Assembly: GCA_963735805.1 (NCBI GenBank)
Contig: CAVTMK010000003.1
Coordinates: 320,001-384,000, forward strand
DNA: 64,000 nucleotides
Direction of reading: 5' to 3'
Source of the DNA: an uncultured Verrucomicrobiae bacterium
GTDB taxonomy: Bacteria; Verrucomicrobiota; Verrucomicrobiia; Chthoniobacterales; UBA10450
The notes below the pieces were generated by a model. The model ran no database searches. It was not told the DNA's origin and worked only from the letters and a program-made list of their open reading frames with translations. Positions 42,502 through 55,576 of the stretch are shown here, piece by piece. The position numbers were made by a program, and so were the translations under genes. The stretch's first letter is position 1; every line of letters begins with the position of its first letter.

Positions 42502-43515
42502 ATGGATCTGACCCGGCTAGAGCAGATCCTCGACCGCGCATCTTCCAGGCGGATCACCGTAATCGGTGACCTGATGCTGGATGAATTTGTCTGGGGAAGA
42601 GTCGGTCGCATCTCGCCTGAGGCACCGGTCCCTGTTGTGGAAGTGACCGGAGAATCATTTTATCCGGGAGGCGCTGCCAACGTCGCCCGCAACCTGCGCG
42701 AATTCGTGGACCGCGTCGCCATTATCGGTTTGCTGGGCAAAGATCGCAGTGGCGAGCAACTTAGGGAGTTACTCTCCGAACAAAGGATCGACACCTCAAA
42801 CGCAGTCGAAGAGGCAACGTTTCATACCATTGTCAAAACCCGCATCATCGCCCGCCATCAGCAAGTCGTCCGCGTGGACCGCGAAAAGTTTGTCGGACCG
42901 TCGGCGTCCCAAATTGGAGACGTCGCGACAGCGGTCCGTAGGAATATTCCGGAAACCGACGCAATTATTTTTGAAGACTATGGTAAGGGCTTTTTATCCA
43001 CCGAACTGGTTTCGCAAATTGCAGACGCTGCGTGTTCAGCCGGCAAAATCGTCGCGGCGGATCCTAATCCCCGGAATCTAGTCGAATGGCGCGGCCTCAC
43101 GGTGATCAAGCCGAACCGAACCGAAGCGTTTTCGGCCGCAGGTATTCCCAGCGGCGATCCGGATACCGCTCCGTCGCAGGACGCCGATTTAAAACGTGCC
43201 GGCGAAACGCTGCTAAAAAAATGGAAAACAGAAAACGTCCTTATCACGCTGGGTGAACACGGCATGATGCTTTTCCAAGAGAAAAAAGCGCCGCACTATA
43301 TACCCTCTAAAGCGCAAGAGGTTTTCGATGTCTCGGGCGCGGGGGATACGGCGATTGCTCTCTTTACCCTCGGTCTCGCCTGCGGCGCTACCCCAACCGA
43401 AGCGGCAGAAATCGCCAACCATGCGAGCGCCGTCGTAGTGAGCAAGCTTGGAACAGCAACTGTGACACGAGATGAATTGATCGCCAGTTTCCGGGAGGAT
43501 CCCGAGCGTGGTTAA
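42502..43515 (+). CDS. rfaE1: D-glycero-D-manno-heptose-7-phosphate kinase (RfaE domain I)
   Basis: GD.MLD, RISPEAPVPV, GGAANVA, DYGKG and DVSGAGDT motifs. Confidence 0.94.
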   Translation: MDLTRLEQILDRASSRRITVIGDLMLDEFVWGRVGRISPEAPVPVVEVTGESFYPGGAANVARNLREFVDRVAIIGLLGKDRSGEQLRELLSEQRIDTSNAVEEATFHTIVKTRIIARHQQVVRVDREKFVGPSASQIGDVATAVRRNIPETDAIIFEDYGKGFLSTELVSQIADAACSAGKIVAADPNPRNLVEWRGLTVIKPNRTEAFSAAGIPSGDPDTAPSQDADLKRAGETLLKKWKTENVLITLGEHGMMLFQEKKAPHYIPSKAQEVFDVSGAGDTAIALFTLGLACGATPTEAAEIANHASAVVVSKLGTATVTRDELIASFREDPERG

Positions 43516-44041
43516 TGAATTGTCAGCTGCCGTCTTTATCGATCGCGACGGCACGATCATCGAAGACGCAGATTATTGTTCTCACCCAAAACGGGTGAAG
43601 GTTTTTCCTGGCGTTTCGGAATCATTACAGCGTTTAAAATCAAACGGATTCAAACTCATTGTTATCACGAACCAAAGCGGCATCGGTCGCGGCTTTTTCA
43701 CGGTCGACGAATATCGTTCCGTTGAATCGGAAGTTTCGCGCCAACTCGGTGATGGCTTGATCGATGCAACTTATTTTTGCCCCGACGTTCCCGGCCAGCA
43801 CTCCAGTCATCGAAAGCCGTCGCCCGGAATGATTTTGCAAGCCAAGCGAGAACACCAAATCGATCTGGCGCGTTCGTTTTTTGTTGGTGACAAGGAGATC
43901 GACGTCCAGTGCGGCCGCAATGCGGGTGTACGGACAATCCGGGTTCAAACTGGATTTGACAGGGACATTACCGGGAGCGCGGCGGATTGGGTTGCCCGGG
44001 ACTTGCCCGCGGCAGCGCGGATTATTTTGAACCAACCGTAA
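43508..44041 (+). CDS. gmhB: Heptose 1,7-bisphosphate phosphatase
   Basis: DRDGT, TNQSGIGRG, RKP.PGM and GDK..D motifs. Confidence 0.92.
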   Translation: MVNELSAAVFIDRDGTIIEDADYCSHPKRVKVFPGVSESLQRLKSNGFKLIVITNQSGIGRGFFTVDEYRSVESEVSRQLGDGLIDATYFCPDVPGQHSSHRKPSPGMILQAKREHQIDLARSFFVGDKEIDVQCGRNAGVRTIRVQTGFDRDITGSAADWVARDLPAAARIILNQP

Positions 44042-44069
44042 TGATCGCCCCGTCGTCCCAACCTATCGC

Positions 44070-44854
44070 ATGAGCAAAGCGGTTGGAATTATCCCCGCCC
44101 GGTGGAGTTCCACGCGATTTCCAGGTAAACCACTCCATCCTATTGCTGGAAAGCCCCTTCTGAGACATGTATGGGAACGCTGTCTGCGCGCTAAAAGTCT
44201 GGATTTGGTGGTCATCGCTACCGACGATATGCGCATCGCCTCCGCGGCGTTTGATTGGGGTGCGGAGGTCGCTTTGACTTCACCGAGGCACCGCAGTGGC
44301 ACCAATCGAGTCGCTGAGTTGGCGGGAAAAACAAAGCGGTTTGCTTACGTAATCAACATCCAGGGTGATGAACCGCTGATCGATCCCCGTCTAATCGATA
44401 AGCTTGTCGAAAAATTGCGATCCGATCGAAAAGTGGAAATGGTGACTGCCGCACATCCATTCGAAAATCCGAAGGACGCTTTTTCTCCCCATCAGGTGAA
44501 AGTCGTCCTCGATCTTCGCGGCAATGCTCTTTATTTCTCTCGCGCCCCGATTCCAGCTCCACGGAACGACGGTTTCTCCGCCGTTGTGTCTTCTCACGCA
44601 CTGCGTCGCCCTGGCTACTTGTTTCTTCGTCACCAGGGCATTTATGGATTCCAGCGCGAGACGCTGCTCCGATTTGTGAAATGGAAACCAACTCCCCTGG
44701 AGCGCATTGAATCGCTCGAGCAATTGCGCGCAATAGAAAATGGTGTAAAGGTTCATGTGCTCATTACTGCTGCAGGATCTCCGGGCATTGACACCCCAGA
44801 AGACGCATCGGCGCTGGAGCAAAAGCTTGCTCGCGCGAAACGGAGGATCCCCTC

Positions 44855-44858
<4 letters not shown>
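44070..44858 (+). CDS. kdsB: CMP-Kdo synthetase
   Basis: IPAR..STRFPGKPL, QGDEP, YFSR.PIP and ESLEQLR motifs. Confidence 0.95.
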
Positions 44859-46525
<1,667 letters not shown>

Positions 46526-47440
46526 GATCGAGATCCAGCTGGTCCAACTCCCGCAGGCAACGAAACAGATTCGCACCCGCTTCACGTAAGTCTTGACGCT
46601 CACTTAGAGTCCGAACAGCTGCGAATTTTTCTTCTGGATTCGACGCATTCCATGCCAGCAATCCAGCACGATGGTTTGCCGGGAGCGTGAACGCTTCGGA
46701 GTTATCGATCAAGCGAAGCGGAGTTTTCGGCGCGTAGTGCGATGGCAACTGACCGGGTGCAGAAACATTCTTCCGCGCGCTAACGATGTCGATTTCGCCA
46801 AACTCGGCGAGTTGTTCCGAAGTGATCGGCCCCCGGCGCAGGATTTCGATCCTATCTCCGTGGACAGCGACGATGGTCGATTCGATGCCGTGCGCGGTCG
46901 GGCCGGCGTCGATGATCAGCGGAATGCGTTCGCGTAGCTCGTCAAAAACGTGTTGCGCGGTCGTGGGGCTGATCCGGCCGAACCGATTTGCGCTTGGAGC
47001 AGCAAGCGGTTCATCGAATGCAGAAATGATTTCAGCGAAAACCGGATGTGAACTCATTCGCACAGCGACTGTAGCGAGCCCAGCGGTGACGATTTCTGGA
47101 ACAATGGGCTGTCGATCCAAGACCAGCGTCAGCGGTCCAGGCCAGAATCGCGCGATCAGTTTCTTAATAAGCGTGCCAGAGGGACCATCGATCCTAGCTA
47201 CGCGCTCGAGCCAGTTTTCAGAGGGTAGATGCACAATCAGCGGATCAAACCGCGGTCGCTCTTTCGCTTCGAAAATTTTTGCGACCGCGACGGAATCGAG
47301 CGCACCAGCAGCAAGGCCATAAACGGTTTCGGTCGGTAACGCCACGATTTCGCCTTTACGCAGGAGCTCAACCGCGCGCTCTGTAGCGGTGATCCGCGAC
47401 TGCCGACGGCGATCGGGGATCGCCGCTACTGTTTCGGTTT

Positions 47441-47932
47441 TCACCTTGGCAGCTTCGCTGACAAGACCGCTTCGGATTGCTTTTTGCGAAACGTTTCCAC
47501 TTTGGCCCGGACTCCTTCGTCAGAAGTAGCGAGGATTGCGGCGGCAAGGAGCGCAGCGTTTTTGGCACCGGCTTCGCCGATTGCCAGCGTTCCCACCGGA
47601 ATACCCCCAGGCATTTGCGCCGTTGAGAGAAGCGAATCGAGTCCCTGCAGCTTCGATTGCATTGGTACACCTAAAACCGGGAGCCATGTATGAGCCGCAA
47701 TCACTCCAGCCAAATGCGCCGCGCCCCCGGCGCCGGCGATGATGACGCGCAGTCCGCGAGCCGCGGCATTCCGCGCGAATTCAGCGGTCGCGTCCGGTGT
47801 CCGATGTGCGGAGAGAACGTGCGCCTCGTTAGACACACCGAGTTCATCTAGCGTCTCGACAGCGTGACGCATCGTCTCCCAATCCGATTTGCTGCCCATG
47901 ATGACGGCAACCAATGACTTTGATTCAGGCAT
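47441..47932 (-). CDS. purE: N5-CAIR mutase
   Basis: MGS.SD, SAHRTP, AGGAAHL and QMP.GIPV motifs. Confidence 0.97.
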   Translation of the reverse strand: MPESKSLVAVIMGSKSDWETMRHAVETLDELGVSNEAHVLSAHRTPDATAEFARNAAARGLRVIIAGAGGAAHLAGVIAAHTWLPVLGVPMQSKLQGLDSLLSTAQMPGGIPVGTLAIGEAGAKNAALLAAAILATSDEGVRAKVETFRKKQSEAVLSAKLPR

Positions 47933-48109
47933 GGGCAGATTGTAGGGAGTTTTTGTGAAACGCCAAGCAGGGATGACCGATGTTTGTGGATCGTCAGAGC
48001 ATCTGACTGTTTCGGTAAAACCGTGTTTCAGCACGATTAACAGCGCACTTGGCGAAACTGAAGTCTTAATGAAATATTTCGCCATGGATCATCAAAGCGA
48101 TCATCGCGC

Positions 48110-48655
48110 GTGATGAATTGTCCCCACAAATCGATCGTCCTCATCGGCATGATGGGCGCAGGCAAATCTGCCGTCGGGCGTTGTTTGCAGCAGCGAACCG
48201 GCTTTCCGCGCTTTGATATCGATGAGATGGTAAGTTCGAAATTTGGAATCCCGATTTCACAAATTTTCTCGACATGCGGTGAGGATAAGTTCAGGGAAGC
48301 GGAGACGGAAGTTCTGGGGAGGATATCCCCCCACCAACGCTCAATCATCGTGACTGGAGGCGGAATCATATTACGCGAAATAAACGTCGGTCTTTTAAAG
48401 CGGCTTGGCGCAGTGGTATGGCTGGCGGGGCAAAAAGGAACCCTCTTCAATCGAGCTTCGCGAACTGACAACCGACCATTGCTGCAAGGGAAAAATCCGA
48501 GGAAGGCGTTTGCCGAAAGCTTGCAAGTGCGCCTGCCACTTTATGCAAAGATTGCCGATATCCGTGTCGATACATCGGCACTTACCGCGGAAGAAGTCGC
48601 GATCGCAATTTTGACCAAGCTCAAAGGAGATTGGCGTAAATCAACGTCAACATAA
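48110..48655 (+). CDS. aroK: Shikimate kinase
   Basis: GMMGAGKS, GE..FR..E, TGGG and RPLL motifs. Confidence 0.93.
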   Translation: MMNCPHKSIVLIGMMGAGKSAVGRCLQQRTGFPRFDIDEMVSSKFGIPISQIFSTCGEDKFREAETEVLGRISPHQRSIIVTGGGIILREINVGLLKRLGAVVWLAGQKGTLFNRASRTDNRPLLQGKNPRKAFAESLQVRLPLYAKIADIRVDTSALTAEEVAIAILTKLKGDWRKSTST

Positions 48656-48675
48656 CTACCGCCGGCAACACCGTA

Positions 48676-49773
48676 ATGACCGAGACAGCTACAGGTCCAA
48701 TTGATCGCCACATCTCGAGAGTGGAACTGAAGACCCGGCTGGTATCATTTGCGCGCGAGCTTGGTTTTGATTCGTGTCGTGTCGCAGTCTGCAGCTCGCC
48801 GCCGCATGCAAACGAGTTTCGGAATTGGCTGCGCAACGAAGCACATGGCGAAATGGATTATATGGAGCGCGGGCGAGAAAAACGTTGTGATCCGCAAAAG
48901 GTTTTGCCCAACGCCAAGTCAATCATTGCGCTGGCGATGAACTATTTCCAAGGAGAGCAGAACGGACGCGACATGCCTGCCGCTCGTGGACAAATAGCCC
49001 GTTATGCATGGGGCGATGATTATCATGGCCTGATCGAGCGTAAGCTCGATAAAATCGACGGGTTTCTTCGCGAGTTTGAGGGACGACAAAAATGTTATGT
49101 CGATACCGGGCCAGTTTTGGAACGCGATTACGCGGCGCAAGCTGGCATCGGCTGGCATGGCAAGAGCACGATGCTCATCGACCAACAACTTGGTACCTGG
49201 TTTTTTCTCGCAGAAGTTCTGACGACCCTCGAATTACCGCCAGATCACCCTGTGGCAGATCGCTGCGGAACCTGTGAGCGCTGCATCAAAGCCTGCCCCA
49301 CCGGTGCGATCACCGGACCGCATCGCATCGATGCGCGACGCTGTATTTCCTATCTGACAATCGAACTCAAAGGTTCCATCCCGCTGGAGCTTCGAGCACT
49401 TATCGGAGACAGAATTTTTGGCTGCGACGATTGTCTGGATGCCTGCCCATGGAATCGTTTCGCAAGAACTTCGCGAGAAACCGCGTTTTCCGCCCGTTCC
49501 GCGACCGTAGGGGTGCCGCTGCGTGATTATCTCACTTTGAGCGATGATGAGTTCCGTGTGCTTTTCAAAAATTCGCCGATCAAACGGATTAAACGTCGCG
49601 GCTTCTTGCGTAATGTCTGTGTGGCGTTGGGCAATGTTGGCGATTCGTTCGATTTGCCCGCACTTGAGCATGCGGCAGCCGATTCCGAACCGCTGATCGC
49701 GGAGCATGCAAAATGGGCGATTCACCAGATCCGAGCCAGATCGACCTCATCCAGGAATGCGCCGATTAATTGA
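48676..49773 (+). CDS. queG: Epoxyqueuosine reductase
   Basis: ARYA.G.DYH, DTGP..ER, CG.C..C..ACPT, RCISYLTIE and GCD.C...CPWN motifs. Confidence 0.96.
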   Translation: MTETATGPIDRHISRVELKTRLVSFARELGFDSCRVAVCSSPPHANEFRNWLRNEAHGEMDYMERGREKRCDPQKVLPNAKSIIALAMNYFQGEQNGRDMPAARGQIARYAWGDDYHGLIERKLDKIDGFLREFEGRQKCYVDTGPVLERDYAAQAGIGWHGKSTMLIDQQLGTWFFLAEVLTTLELPPDHPVADRCGTCERCIKACPTGAITGPHRIDARRCISYLTIELKGSIPLELRALIGDRIFGCDDCLDACPWNRFARTSRETAFSARSATVGVPLRDYLTLSDDEFRVLFKNSPIKRIKRRGFLRNVCVALGNVGDSFDLPALEHAAADSEPLIAEHAKWAIHQIRARSTSSRNAPIN

Positions 49774-49884
49774 ATCTAAAGTGGTTCCTCGGCGCGTCGT
49801 AAATTTGTTATGAACGGGATTTCGTTTACAAGGGTCAAACAACGGACTAATTCTGACCTCTTCACCCCAAGAACCGCTTCTACG

Positions 49885-51246
49885 ATGCACCAAAGTGTTG
49901 GCACATCCTTGCCCGGCCGTGTGACCGCGAAACAGCGTCGCGCCCGGCGAAAAAAACAAATCATTTTGGGATCGATCGGCCTGATTCTGCTCTGGATCAT
50001 CGCTTCGATCGTCTGGAGCAAGCGCGAAAAGCCAATTCCGGTTACAACGGAGACTGCGATTCGCAAAACGATCGTGCAAACGGTTTCGGCAACGGGAAAA
50101 ATACAGCCTGAGATTGAAGTCAAGATTTCGCCTGAAGTTGCTGGCGAAATTACTGAATTGCCCGTGGAAGACGGAATGCAGGTCAAAAAAGGCGACCTGC
50201 TAGTGAAAATTAAACCTGACTCCTACAAGGCACTTCTCGAGCAACAGGAAGCAGCGATCAGCACGGCCAAGGCGACCAACCTGCAACAGAAGGCGACCAT
50301 GATGAAAACCGAGCAGGACCTTAAGCGGGCCGAAGACTTGTTCGACAAGAAGCTGATCTCAACTCAGGAATACAACGCGGATCAGGCAGCATACGACGTA
50401 GCTAAAAACACCTTCGAAAGTTCGCTGCACGAAATCGAACGCGCACAGGCAAGCTCCAGTCAGGCGCGGGATCAACTTTCCAAAACCACGATTTATTCGC
50501 CGATGGACGGAACGATCACCATTTTAAACAGCAAACTTGGAGAACGTCTGGTAGCCACGGGGCAATTCGCCGGCACTGAAGTGATGCGGGTGGCCGACCT
50601 GGGCCACATGGAAGCGCGCGTCGACGTCAATGAGAACGACGTTGTGAATGTGAAGGTCGGTGACAACGCCAAAATAAAAATCGACGCTTATGGCGATCGA
50701 AAATTCAGTGGCACCGTTTACCAAATAGGTAACACCGGAAAGACAACCGGTTCCGGCACACAGGAAGAAGTGACAAACTTCGAAGTGAAAATTCGGATTG
50801 ACGATCACGATGTCTCCCTCCGGCCCGGCCTGAGCTGCACCGCCGACATCGAAACGAACGTGGTCAAGGACACGGTTGCGGTTCCAATGCAGAGCGTGAC
50901 CATTCGAACAGGCGACAGCAATTTGAGTCCCGAGGAAATTGAGAAACGCAAACAGAAGGCAACGGCGCAGGACAAAGGCGATAACAACGCACAGTTCGTC
51001 AACGAACGAGCCGAGAAAACGGCGCAGAAAGAAGAACGTGAAAAACTGGCCAAGGTTGTGTTCCTAAAAAGGGGCAATAAGGCTCAGATGGTGAAGGTTA
51101 CGACTGGCATTTCCGACGATACTTACACGGAAATCAAAAGTGGCATTCAGCCTGGCGACGAAGTGATCTCGGGAAGTTACAGCGCGATCAGTCGCAAGTT
51201 AAAAGAAGGCGCCAAGATAACGCTCGATAAAGAAGGAATGAAATAG
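49885..51246 (+). CDS. MacA/HlyD-type periplasmic adaptor
   Basis: N-terminal TM helix, V.ATG.I.P, lipoyl motifs and coiled coil; start uncertain (49810 is an alternative). Confidence 0.9.
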   Translation: MHQSVGTSLPGRVTAKQRRARRKKQIILGSIGLILLWIIASIVWSKREKPIPVTTETAIRKTIVQTVSATGKIQPEIEVKISPEVAGEITELPVEDGMQVKKGDLLVKIKPDSYKALLEQQEAAISTAKATNLQQKATMMKTEQDLKRAEDLFDKKLISTQEYNADQAAYDVAKNTFESSLHEIERAQASSSQARDQLSKTTIYSPMDGTITILNSKLGERLVATGQFAGTEVMRVADLGHMEARVDVNENDVVNVKVGDNAKIKIDAYGDRKFSGTVYQIGNTGKTTGSGTQEEVTNFEVKIRIDDHDVSLRPGLSCTADIETNVVKDTVAVPMQSVTIRTGDSNLSPEEIEKRKQKATAQDKGDNNAQFVNERAEKTAQKEEREKLAKVVFLKRGNKAQMVKVTTGISDDTYTEIKSGIQPGDEVISGSYSAISRKLKEGAKITLDKEGMK

Positions 51247-51273
51247 TCTCGACAGGCGACTGCCTGCGTTGCG

Positions 51274-52020
51274 ATGGAGACCCGGAATTCAATCAGACCG
51301 CTCGGCCCGGTTGTGATCGATATTGAGAACATCACAAAAGACTACGTCATGGGCGAGGAGCTCGTACGCGCTCTGCGAGGCGTGACGTTACAAATTCATC
51401 GCAACGAATACATCGCCATCATGGGGCCAAGCGGCAGCGGCAAATCAACGCTCATGAACATGCTCGGTTGTCTCGATACGCCGACGTCCGGCCGCTACGA
51501 GTTCAGCGGCAAAAACGTTGCGGAAATGGATGACGACGAGCTCGCAGCTGTTCGCAATCGCGAGATCGGGTTCGTGTTTCAAACGTTCAATCTGCTGCCT
51601 AGATCGACGTCGTTGCGCAATGTCGAGCTACCGCTCATTTATGCCGGGATCGATCCTGAACGGCGCGAAGCGCGCGCGACCCAGGTGCTAACAGACGTAG
51701 GCCTGGGCGATCGAATTCATCATAAACCGAACGAACTTTCCGGTGGTCAACGGCAGCGGGTGGCCATCGCGCGCGCGCTCGTTAACGGACCGTCGATTAT
51801 CCTAGCCGACGAACCGACCGGTAATCTCGATTCCAAGACCGGCGAAGAAATCATGGAGTTGTTCGAGAATTTATATCAGCACGGCAACACAATTATCCTA
51901 GTGACGCACGAACGAGACATCGCCGCGCACGCACGACGCACCGTCCATTTGCGCGACGGACTGATTGAGATGGATCACGTAGGATTTATTCCGGAGCTCG
52001 ACCTGCCAGTTGCGGGATAA
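51274..52020 (+). CDS. MacB/LolD-type ABC ATPase
   Basis: [26 protein letters not shown] and ADEPTGNLD motifs. Confidence 0.95.
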   Translation: METRNSIRPLGPVVIDIENITKDYVMGEELVRALRGVTLQIHRNEYIAIMGPSGSGKSTLMNMLGCLDTPTSGRYEFSGKNVAEMDDDELAAVRNREIGFVFQTFNLLPRSTSLRNVELPLIYAGIDPERREARATQVLTDVGLGDRIHHKPNELSGGQRQRVAIARALVNGPSIILADEPTGNLDSKTGEEIMELFENLYQHGNTIILVTHERDIAAHARRTVHLRDGLIEMDHVGFIPELDLPVAG

Positions 52021-52027
52021 ACTCGCG

Positions 52028-53278
52028 ATGAAACGTCTTCTCTACGAGCTGAGCGAAAGCTGGAAAATCGCTGCGGCGCAAATGCGCTCGAACCTGACGC
52101 GCTCAACACTCACGGCACTCGGCGTTATTATCGGCATCATCGCCGTGACGCTAATGGGCACCGCCGTGAACGGGATTTCCATAGGTTTCGATAAGAGCAT
52201 GGCCGTGCTTGGTGATGACGTTCTCTACGTTACGCAATGGCCGTGGAAGCCCGTGGATGACTGGTGGAATTTCCGCGACCGCAAGAAAATTAAAACTGAG
52301 TATGCCGAAACCTTGAATCGGATGATCGCGGCGACCCCGAACTCAAACCTGGTCGTGGCTGTGCCGACATCAAATTTCATGCGATCCGTTAAACATGGCG
52401 GCAACCAGGTAAACAACGTCTTTGTTCTTGGGACGACCTCCGATTTTATCGTTACGTCGACGATTGATTGTACAACTGGGCGATTCTTCAACGAACTCGA
52501 ATCGCGCGGTGGCACCAATGTCGTGGTCATCGGCTATGACGTAGCCGATGCGCTTTTTCCTTCCGAAAACCCGATCGGTGAGTCGGTGTTGATCAACGGT
52601 CAATTATTCAAGGTCATTGGCGTGAATGCGCGGCAGGGCACGTTTCTTGGTTTGTTCAGCTGGGACTCCATGGTGGCGATGCCGCTGGCCGCGTTTAACA
52701 AATATTTTTCGGCTAAAAGCGAATCGGATGTGCGCGTGAAGGTAAAGGACAAAACCAGGCTCGACGATGCGAAGGATGAGCTCACCGGTTTGATGCGGCG
52801 CGTGCGCGGATTGCCACCGGAGAAAAAGGACGATTTCTCGATTAACGAGCAACAGGCGTTCAAAAGCACGCTCGATCCAGTGAAAAATTCAATTGCGATT
52901 GCCGGGCTGTTTATCACTGGATTGTCGCTTTTTGTCGGAGCGATCGGCATCATGAACATCACGTTTGTTAGCGTGAAAGAGCGCACAAAAGAAATCGGAA
53001 CACGCAAGGCCCTCGGAGCGCGGCGGCGAACAATCCTTCTGCAATTTCTGATCGAGTCGACAGCGCTTTGTCTTCTCGGCGGATTTATCGGGCTCGCGTT
53101 TGCTTATCTAATGTGCTTCGGAATCGGCAAAGCTTTCCCGTCGTTTCCGATTCGTTTTTCGGTCGGCTTGGTGTTTATCAGTATGATCGTTTCAATAGTC
53201 ACCGGTTTGTTCTCGGGTTTTGCGCCAGCCTGGACGGCGTCGCGCCTCGATCCGGTAACCGCACTCAGGTACGAGTAA
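52028..53278 (+). CDS. MacB/FtsX-type ABC permease
   Basis: LT.LG.IIG, GIMNI..VSV.ERT.EIG and LDP..ALRYE motifs. Confidence 0.93.
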   Translation: MKRLLYELSESWKIAAAQMRSNLTRSTLTALGVIIGIIAVTLMGTAVNGISIGFDKSMAVLGDDVLYVTQWPWKPVDDWWNFRDRKKIKTEYAETLNRMIAATPNSNLVVAVPTSNFMRSVKHGGNQVNNVFVLGTTSDFIVTSTIDCTTGRFFNELESRGGTNVVVIGYDVADALFPSENPIGESVLINGQLFKVIGVNARQGTFLGLFSWDSMVAMPLAAFNKYFSAKSESDVRVKVKDKTRLDDAKDELTGLMRRVRGLPPEKKDDFSINEQQAFKSTLDPVKNSIAIAGLFITGLSLFVGAIGIMNITFVSVKERTKEIGTRKALGARRRTILLQFLIESTALCLLGGFIGLAFAYLMCFGIGKAFPSFPIRFSVGLVFISMIVSIVTGLFSGFAPAWTASRLDPVTALRYE

Positions 53279-53286
53279 AAATCGAA

Positions 53287-54528
53287 ATGTTATTCGGCGA
53301 AATAATCAAGATGGCGTGGTCATCGCTCGGGGCGAACAAGCTGCGTTCCGCACTGACTATGCTCGGTATCACCATCGGTGTTTTCTCGGTAATCTCGGTA
53401 ATGACTGCGATCGGCGCCTTGCAATACTCTGTCGAGAACGGCATTAGCTTTCTCGGTTCCAACATCTTTCAGTTTGCCAAATATCCGGCCAATGTCAGCG
53501 CGAGTGGCGACGCCCAGGAAAAGTTTCGCAACCGACACGACATCACCTATAAGCAGGCGCTGCATTATTACCGATTGATGGAAGGCGAGGCCCGCGAGAT
53601 CTGCCTCAAAAGTTTCGGTTACGAAGTGAAAGGCCAAGCAGTTTATGACGGCGTCAAGACAACGCCGAGTCTTCTCATCGTGGGAACCAATAAAAGTTTC
53701 CTCACCGCCAATGCTCACACGCTTGGTTATGGTCGCAATTTGAATGATGAAGACCTCGACCTTTCGCGGCGCGTGGTCGTCGTTGGAAAGATGATCGAGA
53801 AAAGACTGTTCCCGCACGAAACACCGATTGGCAAAGTCATTCGCGTAAGCGGACACACCTACACGATCGCTGGCGTGCTCGCAGAAAAAGGGACGGCATT
53901 CGGCCAAAGCCAGGACGACATCGTTCTGATGCCCATCACACGCTTTTTCGAGGATTTCGGCGAAGCGAAACGTACTGTAAACATCGCGACACAAGCGTTT
54001 ACGCAAGATACTTACAATCGTACGTTCGATCGAGCGATCGGTGCCATGCGGATCGCGCGCGGGCTGCGTCCGGACCAACCCAACGACTTCGAGATTTACA
54101 GCAATGACTCCCTGAAGAGCGCATTTACTAACGTGGCCGGCTATGTACGAGTGGGCGCGTTCGTTATAAGCCTTATCGCGCTCGTTGCCGCTGGAATCGG
54201 CATTATGAACATCATGCTGGTGAGTGTGAGCGAACGCACAAAGGAAATCGGTGTTCGCAAATCGATCGGTGCCCGTAGTCGCGATATCCTGCGGCAATTT
54301 TTAACCGAGGCTGTTTTCATTTCTGAGGCGGGCGGCATTCTTGGAATTATTCTCGGGATCATCGCCGGGGATTTGCTGGCCGCGTGGCTCAAAGTAGATG
54401 TTATCTTCCCTTATGGCTGGGCGATCGCTGGTTTGCTTGTCTGCTCCGCGATCGGCATCGGCTTTGGATTGTACCCTGCGTATCGCGCCGCCAATCTGGA
54501 TCCTATCGAAGCGCTAAGATACGAATAA
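53287..54528 (+). CDS. MacB/FtsX-type ABC permease, second
   Basis: Same motifs as the first permease; start chosen at MLFGE. Confidence 0.93.
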   Translation: MLFGEIIKMAWSSLGANKLRSALTMLGITIGVFSVISVMTAIGALQYSVENGISFLGSNIFQFAKYPANVSASGDAQEKFRNRHDITYKQALHYYRLMEGEAREICLKSFGYEVKGQAVYDGVKTTPSLLIVGTNKSFLTANAHTLGYGRNLNDEDLDLSRRVVVVGKMIEKRLFPHETPIGKVIRVSGHTYTIAGVLAEKGTAFGQSQDDIVLMPITRFFEDFGEAKRTVNIATQAFTQDTYNRTFDRAIGAMRIARGLRPDQPNDFEIYSNDSLKSAFTNVAGYVRVGAFVISLIALVAAGIGIMNIMLVSVSERTKEIGVRKSIGARSRDILRQFLTEAVFISEAGGILGIILGIIAGDLLAAWLKVDVIFPYGWAIAGLLVCSAIGIGFGLYPAYRAANLDPIEALRYE

Positions 54529-54691
54529 AACAGCTGTCACTTAAAGCGCTGTTTACCTTGGCTGCGGACCAATCGCTGAGATAAAGAGAAATGAAACTAT
54601 CGTTTGATCTCACCCAAGACTGCTCCTAAACAACTCTCAAGTTAGGCGAAACAGCGGTTTTGTCGAATCGTAGCTAGGTAACAAAACTGCG

Positions 54692-55576
54692 ATGAGCGAC
54701 GTAACTATGCTATTCAAATTGCTTCCAAAATTCTTCAAGCAAGCGATCAAACCGCGCATGCGTACAATGGCTAACAGTGGTTTATATGTTCAAAGTTTTC
54801 CTGGCGAAGACGCCTACTGTATAAAGCCAGGTAACCGGACAGCAAAGTTACCTGAGGGCGCAAAGTTGCCCATTCCTCCTCAAGGACTGTGGCTTGGATA
54901 CGGTCCTGATGCTCACGCCTACGTTTCGGGTGGGGAGCGCCACGTCACAGATATGATACGAATACTTGAGGAGAAGGGGTTTTCTGTCCGAGGCGCGAAA
55001 AGGATTCTAGAATTCGGCTGCGCTGCCGGCAGGATGATACGGCATCTGCCTGAAGTCGCCCCTAACGCCGAGTTGTGGGGCGTGGACATGCGCGCGCAAC
55101 ACATACGCTGGTGCGTTGAAAACCTCACGCCCGCAATTCACTTTGCTACGACGACTACGGTACCTCATCTTCCTTTTGAAGATCGATACTTCGACCTCAT
55201 CTTCTGCGGTTCTGTATTTACACATATTGAAGATATTCAGGAGTCGTGGCTCCTCGAGTTAGGACGCATCCTGCGTCCATCTGGAAGACTATATATTACA
55301 ATTCACGACGAAAATACCGTGAGGCTACTTGACACAGAATACCCAAATATTCGGCTAGCTAAACGCATGCGGGAGCAGCAGACCTACCGCTCCAATAAGA
55401 ATGATTTCGATATGATCGTTATCGGGAGGGGAGCCACATCGCAAGTGTTCTACAGTTCTACCTACTTCCAATTCATTATTCCTCCGATTTTCCGGTGGAT
55501 CTCAATTACTACTAAAGCCTACGGTTACCAATCAGCGGTGATTCTAGAAAAGCTAAGGACCGATTGCTTGACTTGA
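54692..55576 (+). CDS. Class I SAM-dependent methyltransferase
   Basis: ILEFGCAAGR, FDLIF..SVFTH and RIL.P.G motifs. Confidence 0.88.
   Translation: MSDVTMLFKLLPKFFKQAIKPRMRTMANSGLYVQSFPGEDAYCIKPGNRTAKLPEGAKLPIPPQGLWLGYGPDAHAYVSGGERHVTDMIRILEEKGFSVRGAKRILEFGCAAGRMIRHLPEVAPNAELWGVDMRAQHIRWCVENLTPAIHFATTTTVPHLPFEDRYFDLIFCGSVFTHIEDIQESWLLELGRILRPSGRLYITIHDENTVRLLDTEYPNIRLAKRMREQQTYRSNKNDFDMIVIGRGATSQVFYSSTYFQFIIPPIFRWISITTKAYGYQSAVILEKLRTDCLT

Noticed and set aside
53320..54297. 325-aa minus-strand ORF antisense to the permease
   Set aside because: Codon-bias shadow with no protein motifs; the same applies to 38484..39203
49885..54528. MacAB-like operon lacking tolC, with two permeases
   Set aside because: A common arrangement; the outer-membrane factor is often encoded elsewhere
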